A stretch of 61,316 nucleotides of DNA from Candidatus Hodarchaeota archaeon (GTDB lineage: Archaea > Asgardarchaeota > Heimdallarchaeia > Hodarchaeales > Hodarchaeaceae): assembly GCA_016839785.1 (NCBI GenBank), contig JAEOTQ010000030.1:1-61316 (forward strand), in the 5' to 3' direction. Below, in pieces: positions 18,709 to 26,231 of this stretch (the stretch's first letter is position 1; each line of letters begins with the position of its first letter). The notes beneath the pieces were generated by a model that did no database searches, was not told the DNA's origin, and was given only the letters and a program-made list of their open reading frames with translations. A program made the translations under genes and the position numbers.

Positions 18709-20211
18709 TCATCGTCCACCTCCAGCACAAGCACAGGCACAACCAGCACATGCACAAGCGCAACCTCCGCCACCTCTTGAACCTCCACTACTACTTATGG
18801 GAACTGGATGACTTATTCGTGTCACTCGGTGAGTGAATGATCTCCCATGGGGGATCCAGTGCCATCTATGGTAACCATAATGGTAATACCACGGATAGTA
18901 TGGGTAATACTCCTCTCGCTCTGTTATTTGTACTTCTAACTCTGGGAGGAATTCTTCATCTAAGATTGCCCAAAACCAGGCTTCTTGGGGAATATTTCGT
19001 GGATCAGATTCGGATTTGATTGTTGCAACTGAATCTTGTATTAATTTTTCATAATATTCTACTGTTCTTTCGTATGAATATCCACGGATACGTCGTTGAG
19101 TGTATTTAACTAAGCTGGATACTGCTTTCACCATATCATCTTCATCAATAGAAAAATCTGGTCGTATTGATTGTATGACGATTTTTTGGTATTTACTGAG
19201 ATGCTTCTGTGAAGCACCTTCCATCAGTTCAAGGTGAGGATTATCATGGGATAATTCTCTAAGTCGTCCTTTCTGGATCAATGTGAGAATTATCATTGAG
19301 ATTGTAATATTTACAGGCTTTTCTAAGACAATGGCCACTTCTTCTCGTCGAAGATTTGTTCGCGGCCCTGCTGTCGGGACTGAAACAAAGGGCGGAATAT
19401 AATCCATCAATCGGCGGCGTTTCTTCGTATATATTAAGGTAACAACTACAATTACAACTAGTATTACCCCCACAAAACCCGCAAACAACAAAAGTTCCTC
19501 TATTGTGGGAGGAATACTTGTGTACCAGGTTACTCCTTCTTTCGGGAAAGAAACTCCGTATTGATATTGTACTGAAGGAGAAGCCAGGGGTTCATTCCAT
19601 TCGAATACTTTACGGCCATCAACTGAAGAATATTCTCGTTCAGGTGGATCTGAATAGTGATATTTGGTATATGTTGTTTCATCTACGGTTGTAGGAAATA
19701 TAATTCTAGTTGTTAGATTTGTTGTACCTGTAGTATACGGGGAACTCCACCATGTATTTCCGAATTCTACACTTGCCATATCGTCTTCTTCGGTATCTTC
19801 AAATATCATGTACGGTTGGTTTCCCTTAACATGCAAAATCCCTGTGTCATGGATAGCGTATTGACCAAGATGGATTTCCACACCGATATTGATCACTTCG
19901 GATTCCCGAATGTCTGAGATAGAGTGTCCATCTACATCTGCAGTCACACTTCCTAGTTTGTAATGTTTGTTCGGAAAACCGATGTCTATGATGTCAATAT
20001 CCTGTCCACCAAGCGCTACAGTAAAATTAATCCAATATTCTATGTCAGTAGATCCGTCGATGTTGATACTTACTTCTACTATTTCCTCTGGAACAGAAAA
20101 ATAGTAAGTGTTCGTAGCTTCAGTATTACTTTTGACTCCACTTAATGGCGTGAGTGCCAATAAGAGAATGAACCCAATCAAATAAGAGGAACGGACTTTT
20201 GTTATCTTCAT
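18709..20211 (-). CDS. Membrane protein with DUF2207-like ectodomain, one TM helix, a cytoplasmic domain and a C-terminal Gly/Cys/Ala tail (candidate radical-SAM substrate)
   Basis: It has a signal peptide. The ectodomain reads YYFSVPEEIVEVSINIDGSTDIEYWINF. The TM helix is LLLFAGFVGVILVVIVVVTLIY. The tail is SSSGGSRGGGGCACACAGCACACAGGGR, and its TGA abuts the next ATG. Confidence 0.85.
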   Translation of the reverse strand: MKITKVRSSYLIGFILLLALTPLSGVKSNTEATNTYYFSVPEEIVEVSINIDGSTDIEYWINFTVALGGQDIDIIDIGFPNKHYKLGSVTADVDGHSISDIRESEVINIGVEIHLGQYAIHDTGILHVKGNQPYMIFEDTEEDDMASVEFGNTWWSSPYTTGTTNLTTRIIFPTTVDETTYTKYHYSDPPEREYSSVDGRKVFEWNEPLASPSVQYQYGVSFPKEGVTWYTSIPPTIEELLLFAGFVGVILVVIVVVTLIYTKKRRRLMDYIPPFVSVPTAGPRTNLRREEVAIVLEKPVNITISMIILTLIQKGRLRELSHDNPHLELMEGASQKHLSKYQKIVIQSIRPDFSIDEDDMVKAVSSLVKYTQRRIRGYSYERTVEYYEKLIQDSVATIKSESDPRNIPQEAWFWAILDEEFLPELEVQITEREEYYPYYPWYYHYGYHRWHWIPHGRSFTHRVTRISHPVPISSSGGSRGGGGCACACAGCACACAGGGR

Positions 20212-20348
20212 TAGAATAGCCTGCTTAATTATTTAGTTGCGTTAAAGTTCACCTAATATTAAGAAGGTTTTCGTTCCAGACCTTTTTCAAATCCTGTTCC
20301 TAATCTTCCATCTAATTGCATCATGGACTACAGTAGTAGTAAGACATC

Positions 20349-20400
20349 ATCCAAATTGATGTTGTTGTATATGTTAGTGACTAGAAGGATGGAAACTTGG
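20349..20400 (+). pseudogene. Orphan copy of the last ~11 codons plus stop of the ridA-like gene
   Basis: atccaaattgatgttgttgtatatgttagtgactagaaggatgg aligns with 11794-11840. It encodes IQIDVVVYVSD-stop, against IQIDVVAYVSD-stop in the intact gene. Confidence 0.7.
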
Positions 20401-20426
20401 TGGTTATTAGCTGAATTTCCTTTTCT

Positions 20427-20584
20427 AATAGTATTGACTCTAGTATAGACTTCTCTAATTTGAAGTAGCCAAGGAAGACATTCTTGTCAATTCATGGTTA
20501 TTCAATTTCAAAGTTTAGGGAGTGAGGATTTACGCTTGCGAATACTTTTCCGATCTAAACCAGCCTTTTGTGGAGTTGGGGAAG
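20427..20584 (+). repeat. Dispersed intergenic repeat, copy H (two units)
   Basis: Unit 1 is aatagtattgactctagtatagacttctctaatttgaag...gtcaattcatgg. Unit 2 is gcgaatacttttccgatctaaaccagccttttgtggagttgggg. Confidence 0.75.
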
Positions 20585-20698
20585 AATCACTTTACCCCAG
20601 TATTGGAATTAGAACGTCCAGAATGTTGTAAGAGACGAAGAAAATTATAAAAGGTTTTCTTAGTGTTATGATCTTAATCGATTTCGTAGTGAGTTAAT

Positions 20699-21472
20699 AT
20701 GTCGATAAATTTTCATGATGAAGAGAACCGTTTCGGATATGCAAAGCGACAGGTTGATTCAGGTTGGATTAAAAAAATCCTAGAGATAGTAAATCCGCGA
20801 GAAAAGCATGTAATAGATATAGGATGTGGAGGAGGGATATATACGAGAGCATGGGCTCAACTTGGCGCATCTGAAGTTCTTGGACTTGATTTTTCCGAAA
20901 ATATGATTCAAACTGCGAGAGGAATGTCAATCAATATTCCAAATATTTCTTTCCTTGTTAGAAACGCGATTTCAACCCGTTTAGAAGACAAAATCACGGA
21001 TATTGTTTTCGAACGGGCGCTTATTCATCATATCTCTGATATTTCTGGTTGTTTGAGTGAGGCATTGAGATTATTAAAATCTGGTGGTATATATATTATT
21101 CAAGATCGGACGCCTGAAGATATAACTGTTCCTGCGTCAAAAGAACATATAAGAGGATATTTCTTTGAAAAATTTCCATTTCTCTTAGATATTGAATATA
21201 AACGCCGTCCCAGAACAAATATAATCCAGAAAAAATTGAAAGAGACTGGTTTTATGGAAATCAAGAGCTATTCTTTATGGGAAACCCGGAAAATTTATCA
21301 AAATTTAGCTGATCTGACCATTGATATGCGTGAACGAACAGGGAGATCAATTCTTCATGAACTTAGTAATAAACAACTAGAAGAATTAATTGATTACATT
21401 TCTATTAATATCCAATCAGAAAAAATGATTATTGAGAAAGATCGTTGGACAATTTGGTCCGCAATCCGATGA
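20699..21472 (+). CDS. Class I SAM-dependent methyltransferase
   Basis: VIDIGCGGGIYT is the motif I signature. 257 aa. Confidence 0.8.
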   Translation: MSINFHDEENRFGYAKRQVDSGWIKKILEIVNPREKHVIDIGCGGGIYTRAWAQLGASEVLGLDFSENMIQTARGMSINIPNISFLVRNAISTRLEDKITDIVFERALIHHISDISGCLSEALRLLKSGGIYIIQDRTPEDITVPASKEHIRGYFFEKFPFLLDIEYKRRPRTNIIQKKLKETGFMEIKSYSLWETRKIYQNLADLTIDMRERTGRSILHELSNKQLEELIDYISINIQSEKMIIEKDRWTIWSAIR

Positions 21473-21527
21473 TTTTATATCAGAGTTTAAACATCTTTGA
21501 TTCAATCCAAAAACGCTTTGTCCCACA

Positions 21528-21560
21528 GGTTATACTTTCCCTATCTAAACCATCTATGTG
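21528..21560 (+). repeat. Dispersed intergenic repeat, copy I (partial)
   Basis: Sequence ggttatactttccctatctaaaccatctatgtgg. Confidence 0.55.
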
Positions 21561-21677
21561 GTTTCTCTTTTAATCTCAGGGCTGTATTTTTCGATAAATT
21601 CTGATAAATGCAAGTGTGACAAAAATAAAGGAGCTCATGAAGACCTTATTACGTTCAATTCCGAATATTCTAAGTTC

Positions 21678-22613
21678 TTATTCTTCCAAGAGGTCAGATT
21701 TTATTCTGATTAATTTACCTAAGAGCTCTGTTCTCTTTATTTGTGCCTCATGATTGTGTAATCTAGCAATTCTTGCTATTTCCAAATTTAGGAAATCTAT
21801 CTCTGTTTTTCTTCTATTTTTTAAATCTTGTAATGTAGAAATGAGTTGTCCAGATGAGATTTCACTAATATTCAATATTTGCTGTAATATTTCTTCCTCA
21901 TCTAGAATAATTCCCTCTGCAGCTGCTACTACGTTTGTTTCTTTAATTATTTCAGCTGCTATATGTGTGACCGCTTTATTTCGTAAAAATATCCCATTAT
22001 CTATATTTAGAAGTGGACAGATTGAGTTAAAAACTGAATTTATGATTACTTTCTGCCATATTTTCTCTTGGATCTGATTTTCTAAATAAAAAGGAAAGTT
22101 TGGACAATTAAGCGTGTTCACAATTCCCTGTAGATTCTGTTTATTACCTTTGATAATTCCAATTGGGGATGGTTTTATTGGCCTATACCGTACATAATAT
22201 TCATTGATGGTCTGACTGGTAACAAATAGTATACAACGATATATTTCTGCAAATCCCTTATCAATAAATGGCTTTTCAACACCCAACCCATTTTGCATTA
22301 CAACTAATGGAGAGTTTACCTTCTTATCCCTAAGTTTGGAGGCTATTAATTCATTTGCGTGTGATTTTGCGGTTATCAAAATTGTACCGTTTAATCGCTT
22401 GATTTTACTTAGAGAAACCATGCTTATCGAGGAGGTGCTTATCTGTCCACTGGTAGTCTCCATAGAAATTTGCTTCTTTTCCTCTGAAAAATCGTCTCTA
22501 CTTATTTTAACCAAAATAACTTCATTATTATTGTGTATTAGATTCACAGCAAGTGCTAATCCTATTGCACCTGATCCTAGAATATAAATTGGCATTTGAC
22601 CCTTCATAGTCAT
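21678..22613 (-). CDS. panE: 2-dehydropantoate 2-reductase (ketopantoate reductase, PanE/ApbA family)
   Basis: The N-terminal Rossmann motif is IYILGSGAIGLALA. The C-terminal motif is STLQDLKNRRKTEIDFLN. Confidence 0.8.
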   Translation of the reverse strand: MTMKGQMPIYILGSGAIGLALAVNLIHNNNEVILVKISRDDFSEEKKQISMETTSGQISTSSISMVSLSKIKRLNGTILITAKSHANELIASKLRDKKVNSPLVVMQNGLGVEKPFIDKGFAEIYRCILFVTSQTINEYYVRYRPIKPSPIGIIKGNKQNLQGIVNTLNCPNFPFYLENQIQEKIWQKVIINSVFNSICPLLNIDNGIFLRNKAVTHIAAEIIKETNVVAAAEGIILDEEEILQQILNISEISSGQLISTLQDLKNRRKTEIDFLNLEIARIARLHNHEAQIKRTELLGKLIRIKSDLLEE

Positions 22614-22889
22614 TCCTACTCAACTTGGTTTCGATACCTTTTTCCTTTTTTCTATGCCACGAAGTGAGATAGAAATTCATTAATAAGTGGTTTAGTAATC
22701 ATAAAAATGTATTTGGTATGATTGTCATTCAAAAAATTCTTGTTTCCTTCTCAAATGCTTTTTTCTACTTTGATAGTATTGTAACCATCTCAATAAATTG
22801 TTGGATTTCTGAGGAGGCTGTTGAGTCTAATTGAAATCATAAATAAACGGAGAATTAATTCCTAACATGCTTAAATGGATAGTAGACAC

Positions 22890-22975
22890 TCTAGTATTGC
22901 TAACCTGCCCGATTACGGATGTGTGACTCATCCTATCCAGAATCCTTTTTAAAGAGTTGTCTGAGGAAATTTCTC
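22890..22975 (+). mobile_element. Solo 3'-end remnant of the same tnpB element (last codons plus right-end sequence)
   Basis: ctctagtattgctaacctgcccgattacggatgtgtgactcatcctatccagaatcctttttaaagagttgtctgagg aligns with the reverse complement of about 16041-16120. It would encode ...LPDYGCVTHPIQN. Confidence 0.75.
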
Positions 22976-23539
22976 ATGAGTTACTATCACCAGGAGAAAA
23001 ATATTGAAGAATACATCCAAATGGCCAAAGGATACAACGGGCAGAAATTAATTACTGAATTATTAAAACATTTACCTCAAGATTCAAGGGTTCTTGAAAT
23101 AGGGATGGGTCCTGGAACAGATTTAACTATTTTAGGACAGCATTACAAAGTCACAGGGTCAGATTATTCTGAAATGTTTCTTAATCGCTGTCGGAAAACA
23201 TATTCAAATGCTGATCTACTTGTGTTAGACGCAGTAACATTAGAAACCGATCTAAAATATCAAGGAATTTATTCGAACAAGGTGTTATTGCATTTAACTC
23301 ATGAAGAGTTAAAAAAATCAATAAAGAGACAGGCAGAAGTTTTAGATCCTCTTGGTATTATTTGCCATTCGTTCTGGTGGGGGAATAAAGAGGAAATTTA
23401 TAATGGGCTTAGATTCATTTATTATGCAGAAAATCAATTACGAACACTGTTCATGGATAGTTTTGATATCATAACAATTAGGAAATATCAAGAAATTGAA
23501 CCTGATGATTCACTTTTTATCATTGCAAGAAAGAGATAA
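22976..23539 (+). CDS. Class I SAM-dependent methyltransferase
   Basis: VLEIGMGPGTDL is the motif I signature. I moved the start to the ATG at 22976 because the first 19 codons of the track ORF are IS-remnant sequence. Confidence 0.75.
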   Translation: MSYYHQEKNIEEYIQMAKGYNGQKLITELLKHLPQDSRVLEIGMGPGTDLTILGQHYKVTGSDYSEMFLNRCRKTYSNADLLVLDAVTLETDLKYQGIYSNKVLLHLTHEELKKSIKRQAEVLDPLGIICHSFWWGNKEEIYNGLRFIYYAENQLRTLFMDSFDIITIRKYQEIEPDDSLFIIARKR

Positions 23540-23584
23540 AGAAAATGACACCAACCCGAAATAATAAATGAAAGGTGAATAAAT

Positions 23585-24103
23585 TTGAATGATCATAGAT
23601 TTTCTTTTTCGTTTGTCGAAGAAGAAGTTAGAAAGAAAACATTTGGGGTATTAACTACATTGAATAAAGATGGAACTCCACATACTACAGGCATTCTTTA
23701 TGGAGTGTCCCCACCTTCTTCAAAATTTGCATTATACAGTCTAACATCGAAATCGTATAAGAAAGTTCGAAATATTAAAGGAAATGCAAAGGTTTCTTTT
23801 CTCATCCCGTTTCCACATAATTATATCCGTTTTGCTCCGTCTTCCACCGTTACTTTATATGGAGAAGCGGAATTAATTTCGTTAGATGATACAGAAATCC
23901 ATGAAATATTTTCAAGGAAACGTATACTTAGACTCATTATAAAACAAATACAACAAGGTGAACGAGATAGTATGATTTTCATTAGAATTAAACCGAATCC
24001 AAAGGTTTTATGTCATGGTTTAGGATACAATGTCTTCAAATTGAGAAAAGGTCATGCCAAAGGTGGTTATTCTGTATCAATTCCACAGAAAAGATTATTC
24101 TAA
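23585..24103 (+). CDS. Pyridoxamine 5'-phosphate oxidase-like FMN-binding split-barrel protein
   Basis: FGVLTTLNKDGTPHTTGILYGV is typical of the family. It has a TTG start. Confidence 0.55.
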   Translation: MNDHRFSFSFVEEEVRKKTFGVLTTLNKDGTPHTTGILYGVSPPSSKFALYSLTSKSYKKVRNIKGNAKVSFLIPFPHNYIRFAPSSTVTLYGEAELISLDDTEIHEIFSRKRILRLIIKQIQQGERDSMIFIRIKPNPKVLCHGLGYNVFKLRKGHAKGGYSVSIPQKRLF

Positions 24104-24465
24104 AAGAATGATAAAGGGAGTATATTTTAGGGACAATTTTGTCCTTTTTCTCTGTGAAAAAATCGTTAATAAAAGACCACCGAAGAGTTGAGTAATACCT
24201 TGTTTGGACTATTTCAACATCTTCATTGATGAAAAATATTAGGCAAGAAACGATTCTAATTCGATATAGGCCAGTTCATAAATTTTTCTTGTGTCATTAA
24301 AGCGAATAGTAATGAAATCACTGTTTTTTTATCATGGCAGCCCTCAGAATTTTTTTAAATCAAAAAATTACAAATTTACGGTATTCTTAACTATAGCAAC
24401 TTATAGTGTGATAATTAGTGTATGATTATCTCAAATAATTAACAATAGTTAAGAAGGTAATAAAC

Positions 24466-24810
24466 ATGGAAGATGTAGGAATTGAAATTCCCGTTCTAGA
24501 TTTAGAAAAAGGGATAGAATTTTATGAAACTGTTTTTGGATGGACTTTCGATCGTGAAAGAATGCCTAAACAAGGATGGGCCACAATAAATGGTTCAATT
24601 GGAATAAGTATTTTTCAAACAGAGAAAATCAGGCCAAAAGGCCTTAATATTGGATTTCGAGTTGATAATATTGATGAAACTTTGAAGAAAGTGACTTCAA
24701 ATAAAGGCAAAGTCATCAAAGAGAAATTTTATTATGAAAATTTTGGTTCTGTCGCAGTTATTCAAGATTGCTTTGGAACTGAACTCAGCCTTACTTCGGA
24801 ATCAGCTTAG
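24466..24810 (+). CDS. VOC/glyoxalase-fold small protein
   Basis: 114 aa. IPVLDLEKGIEFYETVFGW and the later beta-alpha-beta-beta-beta pattern fit the fold. Confidence 0.6.
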   Translation: MEDVGIEIPVLDLEKGIEFYETVFGWTFDRERMPKQGWATINGSIGISIFQTEKIRPKGLNIGFRVDNIDETLKKVTSNKGKVIKEKFYYENFGSVAVIQDCFGTELSLTSESA

Positions 24811-24915
24811 ATAACTTATCTAAGTTATTTTTTTTTCCAATTAGGCTTGAATTGGTAGTATCATCACCATTTGGATAAATAATGCTGGTATTTCACGTAA
24901 GATATCTATTTGTCT
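24799..24915 (+). repeat. Direct repeat DR1 (pairs with 25870-26015)
   Basis: gaatcagcttagataacttatctaagttattttt...aggcttgaattggtag...accatttggataaataatgctggtatttcacgtaa aligns with DR2. Confidence 0.7.
24806..24836 (+). terminator. Hairpin (CTTAGATAA-C-TTATCTAAG) followed by a T9 run
   Basis: A perfect 9-bp inverted repeat overlaps the stop codon. The oligo-T tract is the usual archaeal termination signal. Confidence 0.6.
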
Positions 24916-24961
24916 GTACTTTCCTTTGGAAATCTGTAAGGAGCTTTTGAATATTTTCTTA

Positions 24962-25702
24962 TTATTCTCCTGTATCAGCTTTTTCAAGAATCTCTTTTGC
25001 TCCATTAAGGTGAGAGGCAATCATTGCTTCGTCATACGAAGGAGTCGGTGATGCTAACATTTGCAATGTTCCTGTGATACGGTAATCATTTTTACGTAAT
25101 GCTCTCACTAGCTCACGGTCAAAAGCTGAGCACAAGAAGGAGAAATGGATTATTTTCTCAAAAGATAAAACATATCTTTTCCATAAATCTGTCTTTTTCA
25201 GTGTTTTTATTGTTCTTTGCCTTAAATTCTGCCAGTTTTTCTGAATTTCCTCTTTCACACACTCTATTAGATCATTTAGTTGGTGTTCCTCATTTATAAT
25301 AGTTAGAAATGATGAAATTACCGCCATTGGATAGTACGGAACATTTTTACTAAAGGAATAATATTCTTGAATTGTTTTTTTCCCCCATTGAAGTGGTATT
25401 AATATGTAAAGCCCTTTTATCATTACAACTATTTCATTCGTCCTTTTATCCTCAGCCCAAATTGTAAAGATTCTAGCACTTCTTCGATCAATATCTGGGA
25501 TTTCTTCAGCCCAGGGTTGAACATTGGAGTAATGTAGTACAGTAGGCCCAAGTTCTTCAACTACGGTCTCAGTGTTTACGTCTTGGCCCGAATAAAACCG
25601 ATTTGTTAATGATCTCTCTTCGAATTTGGTCATTCGGATTTTATCAATGAAATGTGTCAAACCATTATAGAATCTTAACTGATCTATATCGAAGTGACTC
25701 AT
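24962..25702 (-). CDS. Hypothetical protein (no recognisable motif)
   Basis: 246-aa ORF and the only gene between DR1 and DR2. Confidence 0.6.
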   Translation of the reverse strand: MSHFDIDQLRFYNGLTHFIDKIRMTKFEERSLTNRFYSGQDVNTETVVEELGPTVLHYSNVQPWAEEIPDIDRRSARIFTIWAEDKRTNEIVVMIKGLYILIPLQWGKKTIQEYYSFSKNVPYYPMAVISSFLTIINEEHQLNDLIECVKEEIQKNWQNLRQRTIKTLKKTDLWKRYVLSFEKIIHFSFLCSAFDRELVRALRKNDYRITGTLQMLASPTPSYDEAMIASHLNGAKEILEKADTGE

Positions 25703-25869
25703 TTTACTCCTCCCCTCAATGGAAATTGAGAATTCATAAATTGAATTTGTTTCCCTTCATTTTTAAATCTTAAGATCTTGATAATCAGAACTTTGATTAT
25801 CTGGATAATTAAATATCATTATCTTTTTTTTTCATATTTCTGAAAAATGTACTAAGGAGTACAAACTAA

Positions 25870-26015
25870 GAATCAGCTTAGATAAATTGTCTAAGTTATT
25901 TTTTATTTTTTTCACCTTACTAGGCTTAAATCGTTAGTTCAAGACCATTTAGATGAATTAAGCTGGTGTTTTACACTAAATCCTTTTCTTATCGAACTAA
26001 CTTGTAGATATCTGT
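25870..26015 (+). repeat. Direct repeat DR2 (copy of the VOC-gene 3' end/terminator region)
   Basis: Sequence gaatcagcttagataaattgtctaagttattttttattttttt...taggcttaaatcgttag...accatttagatgaattaagctggtgttttacac. Confidence 0.7.
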
Positions 26016-26231
26016 ATATTCATTTCTTCTGGACAATGTAATTGTCTTCACCTTCACATCTCTTGGAGCTGAAGAAATATTTAAGATAATAAAAAAAATA
26101 GTTAAACAATACTGAAAATGTCTTAAGGGAACAGGAAAAGTCAAAAGTGACTTTGGAGGCATAGAAAAACGACTGAATCACTTTCTCAAGTATCTAATCA
26201 TAAATTTTCAAAATTTACTCAGATTAAAAAA

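Noticed and set aside
18518-18811. 97-aa + strand ORF with a striking PPPAQAQAQPAHAQAQPPPP low-complexity tail
   Set aside because: It is the antisense reading of the Gly/Cys/Ala tail and of the start of the radical-SAM gene. It overlaps two well-supported minus-strand genes completely, so I treat it as a shadow ORF.
265-21560. Whether the dispersed repeat could be a CRISPR array or a classical integron attC array
   Set aside because: It is not CRISPR, because the units are kilobases apart at irregular distances, are degenerate, and have no spacer-sized periodicity. It is not a classical integron either. I could not find complementary R''/R' ends within units, the enclosed genes lie on both strands, and no integrase is visible in the window. 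I keep it only as a looser cassette or recombination-hotspot hypothesis.
24375-24390. caaatttacggtat, matching the sequence just left of repeat copy B (3724-3738)
   Set aside because: It is only a 14-nt match in AT-rich DNA, and the rest of the unit is missing. It could be chance.
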